A stretch of DNA of 32,000 bases from Synechococcus elongatus PCC 6301 (GCF_000010065.1 NC_006576.1:2040001-2072000); one strand, 5' to 3'; positions 1 to 8,672 are shown, counted from the stretch's first letter. The notes: generated by a model from the letters alone, not told the origin. A program made the numbers and translations.

Positions 1-229
1 GACTGGCTTCTCGATGGGGCCAGCGTTCAGGAAATCGCCAAAGACTGCCATCAAGACTGAGCGGCAGATCCAAGAGATGACCATCAATCCAGCTATCAGG
101 TAGCCTTGCTAACTGTCGAAAGGCATCTCGATAGAGCTGTAGCAAGCTTTGAAACTGGTCATCTGCGCGGTTAAACTGATGTCGTTTACTCTCGAGCAAA
201 CGCCGAATTTCACTGGCACGAGTGGGCAT
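1..229 (-). CDS. hypothetical protein, N-terminal part only (runs off the left edge)
   Basis: Hand translation of the minus strand from ATG 229..227 gives 76 uninterrupted codons (MPTRASEIRRLLESKRHQFNRADDQFQSLLQLYRDAFRQLARLPDSW...) down to position 1. It starts 13 nt after the proB stop on the same strand. It is absent from the ORF track, probably because it is open at the window edge. No family recognised. Confidence 0.4.
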   Translation of the reverse strand, partial: MPTRASEIRRLLESKRHQFNRADDQFQSLLQLYRDAFRQLARLPDSWIDGHLLDLPLSLDGSLWRFPERWPHREAS

Positions 230-242
230 TGAATCAGCCTAG

Positions 243-1346
243 CTAGCTTAAAACTAAGTTGTCGCGATGGACGATGGTTTCTGCACCTTCGTAGCCTAGG
301 ATTTGAACAATTTGATCACTTTGACAGCCACGGATCTGCTGCAGTTCGTGACTGTCATAGTTGACTAATCCTCGGGCAATTTCAGTGCCGTTGAGATCAC
401 AGAGCTGAACTGCATCTTGGGCTTCAAAATCTCCTTCGATCGCTTGAATTCCAGCGGCTAAAAGCGACTTACCCCCTGCTTGAATCGCTTGCACTGCACC
501 AGCATCCAGCAACAGTTTTCCAGTTGGCACGAGGCCGTGGGCAATCCAGCGTTTGCGGGCATTGACTGTTTCCGGTTGCGGCTCAAACCAAGTGCCGATC
601 GCCTCACCCGCCAAGATTTTCAGCAGATTTTCGGGCGATCGCCCTTGGGTAATCACGGTACGAACGCTCGCTTGGGTAGCAATTTTCGCTGCAGTCAACT
701 TCGTTGCCATACCGCCTGTACCCCAGCGACTGCCCTGTCCACCTGCTTGAATCGATTCCAGCTCCGAGAGGTCGTGGACAATTGTGATCGGCTTAGCATT
801 TGGATCCTGGCGAGGGTCGGCTGTGTAGAGCCGATCAACATCGGTTAGTAGGAACAGCCATTGCGCTTCCACGAGACTGGCGACTAAGGCCGACAGCGTG
901 TCATTGTCGCCAAACTTGAGTTCTTCAACAGCGACCGTGTCATTCTCGTTGACAATTGGCACGACGCCCAGCTCGAATAGTTCCTGAAAGGTTTGATAGG
1001 CATTGATGTAGCGTTGCCGCTGCGCCAGATCACCGCGCGTTAGCAGAACTTGAGCGATCGGCTGACCGAGGGTCGTAAACAGATCGTCGTAGGTGCGCAT
1101 CAAGCGACCCTGACCGACCGCTGCGATCGCCTGACGTTGGGCAATACGGCTGGGGCGATCGCGCAGCCCAAGGCGAGTGCAACCGACCCCAACCGCGCCC
1201 GAGGAGACTAGAACGACGTTGTAGCCCTGTCGGCGCAGTTGGCAAATCACTTCAACCAGCCCCGCAATCGTCGAGAGTGCCAAGCCCGGATGGTGGGGAT
1301 TGGTCAGACTGCTGGTGCCAATTTTGACCACGAGGGTCTCGGACAT
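243..1346 (-). CDS. proB: glutamate 5-kinase (proline biosynthesis) with C-terminal PUA domain
   Basis: The ORF 243..1400 contains the typical ProB N-terminus [15 protein letters not shown] from the internal ATG at 1346, the amino-acid kinase core ([48 protein letters not shown]) and a PUA-like C-terminus ([10 protein letters not shown]). The 18 codons upstream of 1346 look like non-coding read-through. Confidence 0.93.
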   Translation of the reverse strand: MSETLVVKIGTSSLTNPHHPGLALSTIAGLVEVICQLRRQGYNVVLVSSGAVGVGCTRLGLRDRPSRIAQRQAIAAVGQGRLMRTYDDLFTTLGQPIAQVLLTRGDLAQRQRYINAYQTFQELFELGVVPIVNENDTVAVEELKFGDNDTLSALVASLVEAQWLFLLTDVDRLYTADPRQDPNAKPITIVHDLSELESIQAGGQGSRWGTGGMATKLTAAKIATQASVRTVITQGRSPENLLKILAGEAIGTWFEPQPETVNARKRWIAHGLVPTGKLLLDAGAVQAIQAGGKSLLAAGIQAIEGDFEAQDAVQLCDLNGTEIARGLVNYDSHELQQIRGCQSDQIVQILGYEGAETIVHRDNLVLS

Positions 1347-1483
1347 GGGAGCCACAGACCGGAAGAACGTCTCTAGTATCTTGCCTCTGTGGGGTTGCAA
1401 GCGATGACAATCACTCGGCTAGTAGCTTGCTGTTTCCCAAAAGTTGGGGCAGCTTAGGGCAGGACTGAAATGGAGTCATCCCT

Positions 1484-2125
1484 ATGTGGCGGGCGATCGC
1501 AGTGGCGAGTTTGGTGCTCACAGCTTGCGCGCCCACGCAGCAGCTTCAGGCAGAAATTCAAGAAGTCGCGACCTCACCCGTCTTTGCCAGCCAACCCAAT
1601 CAAGCAGAACAACCGGCCTCTGAGGGGACAGTTGTTATTCAAGGCGGACAAATTCGTACCGAGAGTCCCGGTAAAGCCCAAATTCAACTGAGTGATGGTC
1701 TGCAGTTTCGACTGGGTGGCAACGCCTTGTTGAAAATTGAGCCTGAACTCCAGCTCGATCGCGGTCAGATTATTGCTTGGCTGACGCCGAATCAAAAGCG
1801 CGATCGCCCCTTGCAAATCCGCACGCCAACTGCCACAGCCGCTATTCGCGGCACAACGGTCTTTATTGAGCAAACAGAGACCCAAGCTCTGATCTTGAGC
1901 TGGGAAGGACAAGTGGAGGTGCAGCTACCTTCTGGTGTGACCACACAGCTGACAAGTGGTCAATTGGTTCGCCTTCGGCCCGGCCAAACGACCTTGCCGA
2001 CGCCAGAGCGTTTGAGTCGTCCCGCAGCTGAGCAACGCTTCCAACGAAGCCTGCTGCTGAATGGTTTCGCCACGCCGATGGAAACGCTGCCCGAAATTCG
2101 CCGCCAACTATTGGGACTGTCTTAG
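1484..2125 (+). CDS. FecR-domain lipoprotein
   Basis: 213-aa ORF. The N-terminus MWRAIAVASLVLTAC carries a lipobox (L-T-A-C). The rest is beta-rich and resembles FecR-type domains (AAIRGTTVFIEQ, SWEGQVEV). Its stop lies only 3 nt before the ATG of the CHASE2 cyclase. Confidence 0.75.
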   Translation: MWRAIAVASLVLTACAPTQQLQAEIQEVATSPVFASQPNQAEQPASEGTVVIQGGQIRTESPGKAQIQLSDGLQFRLGGNALLKIEPELQLDRGQIIAWLTPNQKRDRPLQIRTPTATAAIRGTTVFIEQTETQALILSWEGQVEVQLPSGVTTQLTSGQLVRLRPGQTTLPTPERLSRPAAEQRFQRSLLLNGFATPMETLPEIRRQLLGLS

Positions 2126-2128
2126 CCC

Positions 2129-3976
2129 ATGGCGATCGCTCGGCGGTTAGGCTGGTCGCTTCCCACAGCACTGGCGGGTGCGATCGCCCTCGCCGGGTTG
2201 TTGCTCTCACCGTTGGCAATCAGTCCACTGACCCAACCGGGGCGCTGGCTAGATGCGGTGTTATTGAGTGCGGCCTTTCGGTTGCGAGGCCCCCAAGCCC
2301 CAGATCCCGCGATCGCAATCGTGGTGATCGATGAGGATTCGCTGCGACTGGGTGATCTGTTCACGGCAGCGGAGTTAGAGGCACGTCCGCCTCTGGCAGA
2401 TCTTCAAGACTGGCCCTGGCCGCGCCGCATTTACGCCTTGGCGCTCCAGCGTTTGCGAGCTGCCGGGGCGCGACGGGTCATCTTCGATATTGTTTTTGCC
2501 ACTCCTACCCGCTTTGGACCGGATGATGATCGCCGCTTTGCGGATGCGATCGCCCAAGCCGGATCGTCCGTGACGCTCGCTGGAGAACTGGAGCAGGTTG
2601 ATCGTAGTGCCGGACTTAGTCAGGCTAGCCTCGCTCAACCCATCTATGAACATCCCTTTGGCCTAGCCAATCTGATAGCAGGCGCAGATGGCAGTCTGCA
2701 AGCGATCCCCGGTCAAGACTGGCTTCAACCTTGGCAAATCTTACAAGCCCGCGATCGCCCGCCTCTATCTAACCTTGCGAGTGCAGCTCTGGGACAGGCG
2801 CCGCCGCCTCTCTCCTTAGGCATCAACTACAGCGGCCCTGAGGGAACCTATCCACGCTGGCCATTTTGGGCGTTGTTCGATCCAGAACTCTGGCAGGGAC
2901 CACTGCAGCAAGGTGCTGTCTTTCGCGATCGCGATGTTTTGATTGGGGCCAGTGCCAGCAGTCTGGGCGATCGCCATGCCACACCCTTTGCCGACAGCAT
3001 GGCCGGTGTCGAGATCCAAGCCAATGCGATCGCCACCCTCCGCAGTCAACGCGGTTTGCGATCGCTTCCGCAAGTTTGGTTATCGCTGCTATTGATCCTT
3101 GTGGCCCTGCTCCAGATCTGGGGTGTTCAGCGCTGTCCGAGTCCGCTTAGCAAAGCACTCTGGACGTTGGGGATCACGAGCGCAGTCTTACTGGCTTGCT
3201 TCATCGCCTTTTTGCAAACTTGGCTGGTGTCGCCCACCGCCTTGCTCCTTGTGCCATTGCTGGCAGGCATCGGTGACAGTGCCAACAGCGCTTGGCAAGT
3301 GCAACGGGAACGGCGATCGCTACGACGCGCCTTAGCGCTGCGGGTGTCGCCAGCCTTACTGGGTACGATTCTGGCGCAGCGGGATGCGGTAGCCAATCAG
3401 CTCGGTGGGCATAACTGCGAAGCAGTGATCCTGTTTTCGGATCTGCGTGGGTTTACGCAGTTGTCCAGCCAAATCGACTCGACTGTGTTGGTGGCGCTGC
3501 TCAATCGCTACTTTGAGGCGATGGCCCAGCCGATTCTGGCGGCGCAGGGGTTGATCGATAAATTTGTTGGCGATGCGATCATGGCGGAGTTTGGGCTGCC
3601 GCTCAGTCGGGGCACCGTGATCGAAGCCCAGGCGGCGATTCAAGCAGCCCTCGCCATGCGGCGATCGCTCGCCCGTTTGCGAGCTGAATTAGTCGCTGAA
3701 GGCTTACCACCTTTGTTTCATGGCATTGGACTGAATTTCGGGACAGTAGTCGCTGGCAATCTAGGCGCGCCCGAGCGGCTGGAATATACCGTGATTGGCG
3801 ATGCGGTTAATATCGCTGCCCGTCTGGAAAGTCTGACCAAGACACTGGGCTATGACATCATCATTTCCCAAGCGCTCTATGAGCAGGTGCAAGAGCAGGT
3901 TGAAGTGATGCCCTTGGGCCTCCAACAGCTCCGCTGGGCGATCGCAGCCGGTGTTCACCTATGCTGTCTTGGATGA
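2129..3976 (+). CDS. CHASE2 sensor / class III adenylate (or guanylate) cyclase, with an apparently frame-disrupted C-terminus
   Basis: The ORF has an N-terminal TM helix, a long extracytoplasmic CHASE2-like region and a TM bundle (VWLSLLLILVALLQIWGV, WTLGITSAVLLACFIAF, LLLVPLLAGIG). Class III cyclase motifs follow: FSDLRGFT, KFVGDAIMAEFG, GTVVAGNLG, YTVIGDAVNIAARLES. Lys (KFVGD) and Thr (EYTVIG) at the base-specifying positions suggest an adenylate cyclase (inference). The in-frame tail LQQLRWAIAAGVHLCCLG* is atypical. The +1 frame from 3936 reads GRSQPVFTYAVLDEQ... to TGA 4053..4055. Confidence 0.88.
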   Translation: MAIARRLGWSLPTALAGAIALAGLLLSPLAISPLTQPGRWLDAVLLSAAFRLRGPQAPDPAIAIVVIDEDSLRLGDLFTAAELEARPPLADLQDWPWPRRIYALALQRLRAAGARRVIFDIVFATPTRFGPDDDRRFADAIAQAGSSVTLAGELEQVDRSAGLSQASLAQPIYEHPFGLANLIAGADGSLQAIPGQDWLQPWQILQARDRPPLSNLASAALGQAPPPLSLGINYSGPEGTYPRWPFWALFDPELWQGPLQQGAVFRDRDVLIGASASSLGDRHATPFADSMAGVEIQANAIATLRSQRGLRSLPQVWLSLLLILVALLQIWGVQRCPSPLSKALWTLGITSAVLLACFIAFLQTWLVSPTALLLVPLLAGIGDSANSAWQVQRERRSLRRALALRVSPALLGTILAQRDAVANQLGGHNCEAVILFSDLRGFTQLSSQIDSTVLVALLNRYFEAMAQPILAAQGLIDKFVGDAIMAEFGLPLSRGTVIEAQAAIQAALAMRRSLARLRAELVAEGLPPLFHGIGLNFGTVVAGNLGAPERLEYTVIGDAVNIAARLESLTKTLGYDIIISQALYEQVQEQVEVMPLGLQQLRWAIAAGVHLCCLG

Positions 3977-4027
3977 GCAGGGCGGCGATGGGCAATTAGC
4001 CCGTCAGGTCCAGCAAGATTATCAGGC

Positions 4028-4396
4028 GTGGCAACAAGGGATAAATCGGACGTGATCGCTCAGGGTGGAACGCTGCTATTCCTGTTGATTGCCGGTCATT
4101 TTCTCGGTGATTTCGGACTGCAATCCGATACGATGGCGCGCGAAAAATCGCGTCATTCCACCACACCCCTCCAAAAAAGTGTCCCTTGGTATTGGTGGCT
4201 TTCAGCTCACACATTGATCCATGGTGGGATTGTCACACTTCTGACGGGCTCAGGCTTGCTGGGCATGATTGAGGTGGGAATTCATGCGATCGCAGATTGG
4301 CTGAAGTGTGAGAACCGCACGACACTCCTGCAGGATCAAATTCTGCACTTGCTGACGAAATTGGGTTTTTGGTTGTGGCTGCTGCAGACCATGTAG
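4028..4396 (+). CDS. DUF3307-like small integral membrane protein
   Basis: 122-aa ORF with no ATG start (GTG 4028; alternative GTG 4052). The motif AGHFLGDFGLQSDTMAREK followed by hydrophobic helices (WYWWLSAHTLIHGGIVTLL, GLLGMIEVGIHAIADW) resembles the H-x-x-x-DF-x-x-Q signature I associate with DUF3307. GTG 4052..4054 overlaps the TGA 4053..4055 that ends the frame-restored cyclase. Confidence 0.6.
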   Translation: MATRDKSDVIAQGGTLLFLLIAGHFLGDFGLQSDTMAREKSRHSTTPLQKSVPWYWWLSAHTLIHGGIVTLLTGSGLLGMIEVGIHAIADWLKCENRTTLLQDQILHLLTKLGFWLWLLQTM

Positions 4397-6057
4397 AACC
4401 AGCGATCGCGCCTGATCGATCTGAGGCGAAGGCCACAGCAACCCTACTGGAGCGACTGCTCGCGATCGGCACTGCCCTTTCTGCTTGCCGAGATCCCGAT
4501 CAGTTACTGAGCTTGATTTTGCAGAGTAGCCGGGATCTGACCTGCAGTGACGGTGGCAGTTTGTACCTCGTTGATCGCAGTGATCCGCAGCAGCCTTGGC
4601 TGCGCTTCCAAATTTTCCAGAGCGACAGCTTGCCCAGTTCCCTTGAAGCCCCGCCACCGCTACCCCTCGATCGCCATAGTTTGGCGGGCTATGTGGCAGC
4701 GACCGGCGAAACCCTGAATCTGGCCGATGTTTATGCTTTGGACGGGCAACAACCGTTTCAGTTCAACGCCAGCTTCGACCAGCGGTTGAACTACCGCACC
4801 TGCTCGATGTTAGTGCTGCCGATGTGCGATCAAACCGGCAGTGTGATCGGGGTGATCCAACTGGTCAATCGCAAACGCCGGGCAGATCTGAAGCTGACGG
4901 CGGCGATCGCCTCAGAAGAAACCCAGCCCTACAGTGCGGCTGAAGAAGCACTCTTACGATCACTAGCCGGTCAAGCCGCGATCGCAATCGAACGAACCCT
5001 GTTGCAGCGCAGTATTGAAAATCTGTTTGAGGGCTTTATCTGCGCCTCGATCAAGATCATCGAATCCCGCGATCCCTGCACGATGGGTCATTCCGAGTGG
5101 GTGGCGCAACTCTCTGTTCGCTTGGCTGAACAAGTGCATGCCGTCGATCACGGTGCGTTAGCGGCTTATCAATTCAGCAATGCCCAACTGCAAGAGCTGC
5201 ACTACGCCTCACTGCTCCATGACTTTGGCAAAGTGGGGGTTCCTGAGGAGATTCTCAACAAGTCGCATAAGCTGCATCCAACTGAGCAACAGGGGCTGAA
5301 CTACCGACTGCAACTACTGCAGCAGCAACTGCAACTGGAGCAAGCCCGTCGTTGGCTGGCTCCAACCCTGACGGAGGCGATGCAACGGGCTGGGCTAGGG
5401 CATCCTCTGGACTGTATCTGGTGTCGGCAGTTTGGCAATTTAGCTGACCTAGAGGTCACGATCGCCCGACTCCAACAGGCACGATCGCTGCTGCAGGATC
5501 TCAATCAGCCACAAATTTTGGCAACCCCCGCCTATCGCGATCGCTTAGCGGAGGTGGAAGCGGAATTAGCCTGGCTGGCGTCCCTGCAGGTCATGGACTG
5601 GGATGGTCAGATGCGATCGCTGCTCGCGCCTGCAGAAGTGGAGAAATTACTGATTCCGAAGGGGAGTCTCACGCAGCAGGAGCGCTTGGCGATCGAGTCA
5701 CACGTTCAGCACACCTTCGCTTTTTTACAGGAGATCCCTTGGACGGGACCCTTAGCGCAGGTGCCGCATATTGCCCATGCCCACCACGAGCGCTTGGACG
5801 GTAGTGGCTATCCCCTCGGATTAGAACAGGCACAAATTCCAATGCAGGCGCAAATTATGGCGGTTGCTGATGTTTATGATGCGCTGACGGCTAGCGATCG
5901 CCCCTACAAACGCCGCGTTCCGATTGAAAAAGCGCTGCAAATTCTAGAGTGGGAAGCCCGCGATCGCAAACTGAATGATCAGTTGGTTCAACTCTTTCGG
6001 CAGCAGCAAATCTTCCAAATTCTTGGCCATCAGCTTCAGTCTGAAGACAGTGTCTAA
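4369..6057 (+). CDS. GAF domain / HD-GYP domain cyclic-di-nucleotide phosphodiesterase
   Basis: N-terminal GAF-like region (LLSLILQSSRDLTCSDGGSLYLVD ... CSMLVLPMCDQTGSVIGVIQLVNRK). HD-GYP motifs are present: GHSEWVAQLS, LLHDFGKVGVPEEILNK, HHERLDGSGYPLGL, AVADVYDALTASDRPYK. The start is non-ATG (TTG 4369 or GTG 4375) and overlaps the preceding ORF. Confidence 0.88.
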   Translation: MVVAAADHVEPAIAPDRSEAKATATLLERLLAIGTALSACRDPDQLLSLILQSSRDLTCSDGGSLYLVDRSDPQQPWLRFQIFQSDSLPSSLEAPPPLPLDRHSLAGYVAATGETLNLADVYALDGQQPFQFNASFDQRLNYRTCSMLVLPMCDQTGSVIGVIQLVNRKRRADLKLTAAIASEETQPYSAAEEALLRSLAGQAAIAIERTLLQRSIENLFEGFICASIKIIESRDPCTMGHSEWVAQLSVRLAEQVHAVDHGALAAYQFSNAQLQELHYASLLHDFGKVGVPEEILNKSHKLHPTEQQGLNYRLQLLQQQLQLEQARRWLAPTLTEAMQRAGLGHPLDCIWCRQFGNLADLEVTIARLQQARSLLQDLNQPQILATPAYRDRLAEVEAELAWLASLQVMDWDGQMRSLLAPAEVEKLLIPKGSLTQQERLAIESHVQHTFAFLQEIPWTGPLAQVPHIAHAHHERLDGSGYPLGLEQAQIPMQAQIMAVADVYDALTASDRPYKRRVPIEKALQILEWEARDRKLNDQLVQLFRQQQIFQILGHQLQSEDSV

Positions 6058-6128
6058 ATAGCAATCATCTCCTCAGATTAAGGAAGAAAAGACCATTCAA
6101 AAGCAAAATTTTGGCTTGGCTGTTGTTT

Positions 6129-7781
6129 CTAGCGATCGCTCTGGGGTGAGGCTGATTGCTGACCCAGAGTTGCTGTCCAGCGCACTAAATGTCCTTTGCT
6201 ATGTTGCTTCGCATCGTAGAGGGCTGTATCTGCCGCTTGGAAAACAGTTTGTAAATCAGGATGATCAACTGGCCAAACAGCCAGACCAATACTGCTACCA
6301 ATCTCGATTTGTTGACCCTGTAGTGGAAAGACAGAGTTCAGAGCTTGCAAAATTCGCGCCCCGACTTGTTTGCCGATCGCTTCTGCCAATTCAACACTGC
6401 AAGGCAAAATCACTAGAAACTCATCACCACCCGTACGCGCTGCCAGCTCATTAGCCCGAATGCAGGCATGCAGTCGAGCGGCTACTGCTTTCAGCAGCAC
6501 ATCGCCCATCGCATGACCATAGGTATCATTAATCGGCTTAAATCCATCTAAATCAATTGCCAAAATGACCAGTGACTGATCAGGTTCTAGAGATTGATAC
6601 TGTGACAGATAAGCTGCTAATCCTAAGCGGTTCTGCAAACCAGTTAACGCATCATGGTGAGCTAAGGACTCCGCCTGTTTACGCGCTTGGCTTTGGGCTT
6701 CAGCTTGGGCATCGAGGCGCTGCACAATTCGCGAAATCTTGCCTAGCTCTCCAACCCAAGGCAGCTGATCGCGATCGCTGCGATCGCCTTTCTCCAGCCG
6801 ACTTGCCCAAGACGATAGCTGTCGTAAGGGCTTGGCAAACCAATCGGCTAGAAGCCAGGCAACTCCCACAACCGCCCCACTACTGAGCAGTGTGAACAGA
6901 ATGATGTCGCGCTGCAGTTGGTGCGCTGGTGCATAGGCAACAGCGATCGGTTGACGGGTGATCGTAATCCAACCCAGGCCGTTGTAGGTGCGATAACCCG
7001 CAGAGACGCGATAGGCGGTCATATAGTCCTGGCCATCGGGCCAACGCAGCACCTGCCAACGACTCTCTCCAGCCTTCAAAACTCTCGGCAAAATGTTTAG
7101 GGTCGCACCTTTGCCAAATTCTTGTGGCCCCAGCAAGATCGTGCGATCCGTTGCGACAACGAGCAATTCGACCCGACGATCGGCTGCGATCGGTGAAAGA
7201 ATCGTCGACTCGGCATCGCGGGCCCATTCCCAGCTGAGATGAGAGGCAAGCACGCCTGTGGGCTTGCCATCACGGTCTTGAATTGGAATTGAAATATCGA
7301 CAAATTGAATCGGCTCGCCGTTGGCTTGTCGAGGAAATTTGCTGGCAAGCAGTACGGCGTCATGAACATCACCGATGAACAGTCCTTTGATTCCATTGGC
7401 GAACACAGGGCGGCTGGTGATATTCACGCCTTCGATAATGCGATCGGTGGAAGCAATGACTTTGCCTTGACGATCGAGCAGACCCACCCAAGTAAAGACT
7501 GGCAGCTCCCGTTTAAGGCGATCGAGGAGGCGTTGAATCTCTGGACGATTGCGATCGCTCAGCAAGTCTGGAACGCTGGAGAGGGTGACGATTTCATTAG
7601 CCCTCGACCACATGCTCTGGTCGAGGAGGGTTGAGAACTGGTAGGCCGTTTCCTGCAGCGAATCCCCTGCAGCAGTCTGTGCCAGCCGCACCGTTCGCTG
7701 GCCAATCACGGTGCTGATCACCAAGCTTGACAACATCAGCAACCCACTGAAGCCGATCGCAAGTCTTGTTCGAAAATTCAT
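6129..7781 (-). CDS. Cache-like sensor / HAMP / GGDEF diguanylate cyclase
   Basis: N-terminal TM helix (LAIGFSGLLMLSSLVISTVIG), ~270-aa periplasmic region with Cache-like character, a second TM helix (IILFTLLSSGAVVGVAWLLADWF) and a HAMP-like linker. The GGDEF domain follows (HHDALTGLQNRLGL, AIDLDGFKPINDTYGH, RTGGDEFLVILP). The active-site GGDEF is intact. The I-site position reads RANE instead of RxxD. Confidence 0.9.
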   Translation of the reverse strand: MNFRTRLAIGFSGLLMLSSLVISTVIGQRTVRLAQTAAGDSLQETAYQFSTLLDQSMWSRANEIVTLSSVPDLLSDRNRPEIQRLLDRLKRELPVFTWVGLLDRQGKVIASTDRIIEGVNITSRPVFANGIKGLFIGDVHDAVLLASKFPRQANGEPIQFVDISIPIQDRDGKPTGVLASHLSWEWARDAESTILSPIAADRRVELLVVATDRTILLGPQEFGKGATLNILPRVLKAGESRWQVLRWPDGQDYMTAYRVSAGYRTYNGLGWITITRQPIAVAYAPAHQLQRDIILFTLLSSGAVVGVAWLLADWFAKPLRQLSSWASRLEKGDRSDRDQLPWVGELGKISRIVQRLDAQAEAQSQARKQAESLAHHDALTGLQNRLGLAAYLSQYQSLEPDQSLVILAIDLDGFKPINDTYGHAMGDVLLKAVAARLHACIRANELAARTGGDEFLVILPCSVELAEAIGKQVGARILQALNSVFPLQGQQIEIGSSIGLAVWPVDHPDLQTVFQAADTALYDAKQHSKGHLVRWTATLGQQSASPQSDR

Positions 7782-7875
7782 TGCTGCCTACAGCACTCAG
7801 TGGTGCTGACTTCGCTGCTTTTTCAATGCTAGATGCGGTTACACCGATACTCAAAATTGTTGCGATCGCAGACCC

Positions 7876-8607
7876 ATGTCGCCATTGCTAGAACTGCTAC
7901 TCGCCTCGGGCATTGTTGCCCTCGGAAGTCTATTGCAAGCAGCTTCGGGCTTAGGTGCAGGCCTCATTGTCGTGCCCTTACTCTCGATGCTGTCAGTCGA
8001 TTGGGTTCCGGGTCCCTGCGTCGCAGCGAGTTTGTTGCTGTCTTGGCTAATGTTTTGGCAAGGTCGGCAGGTTGTGGTACATCGGCATCTAGGAGCCATG
8101 CTGGGTGGTCTCGCAGCCGGGATTGCGATCGCCGCTAGCCTTTTGCGGCAACTGCCATTGGATGCACTGGGGCTGGTGTTTGGTGGCCTAATTGTTCTGG
8201 CTGTGTTGATCAGTCTGACGCCGGTTCGTCTGCCGATTACTCGACTTTCAGCAGGACTAACAGGAATCTCGGCTGGACTGATAGGAACCTTGGCCGGCAT
8301 CGGAGCCCCCATCCTCGCCCTGTTTTATCAGCACGAGCGAGGGCCAGCGCTGCGAGCAACGCTGGGGCTGCTCTACTTTCTCTCCAGCTTGGTCATGCTG
8401 GCAGCACTGCACAGTGTCGGGCGATTTGGCAGCTTAGAAGTGGGGCGATCGCTGCAACTCTTTCCGGGTGTGATGTTGGGCTATTGGGTTTCACCTCGGT
8501 TGGCCCATTGGCTCGATCGCGGCTATAGCCAAATAGCAGTCCTAGCGATCGCTTTGCTGTCTTCCACCGTATTGATTGGGCAGAGCCTGCTGAAGTTACA
8601 GTCCTAG
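7876..8607 (+). CDS. TauE/SafE (TSUP, DUF81) family anion exporter-like membrane protein
   Basis: 243-aa polytopic membrane ORF with the glycine-rich helices typical of the family (GSLLQAASGLGAGLIVVPLL, GTLAGIGAPILALFY). Confidence 0.8.
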   Translation: MSPLLELLLASGIVALGSLLQAASGLGAGLIVVPLLSMLSVDWVPGPCVAASLLLSWLMFWQGRQVVVHRHLGAMLGGLAAGIAIAASLLRQLPLDALGLVFGGLIVLAVLISLTPVRLPITRLSAGLTGISAGLIGTLAGIGAPILALFYQHERGPALRATLGLLYFLSSLVMLAALHSVGRFGSLEVGRSLQLFPGVMLGYWVSPRLAHWLDRGYSQIAVLAIALLSSTVLIGQSLLKLQS

Positions 8608-8672
8608 CTGCACAACAAAAAGCCCTCCAGAGGTCATGCAAACCCTCCAGAAGGCGATCGCGAGCAATCATC

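Noticed and set aside
1352-1392. Inverted repeat CCACAGA / TCTGTGG just upstream of the proB start, considered as a regulatory leader hairpin
   Set aside because: It has only 7 bp with a 27-nt loop. It may matter for translation initiation, but the evidence is too thin to report as a feature.
3929-3940. Programmed +1 ribosomal frameshift in the cyclase gene
   Set aside because: There is no slippery or hungry-codon context, no in-frame stop at the shift site and no obvious stimulatory structure. A simple 1-bp indel or sequence error explains the observation better.
8623-8651. Direct repeat CCCTCCAGA x2 between the convergent TauE-like and msrB genes, considered as a terminator
   Set aside because: It is a direct repeat, not an inverted one, and it has no convincing stem or T-tract.
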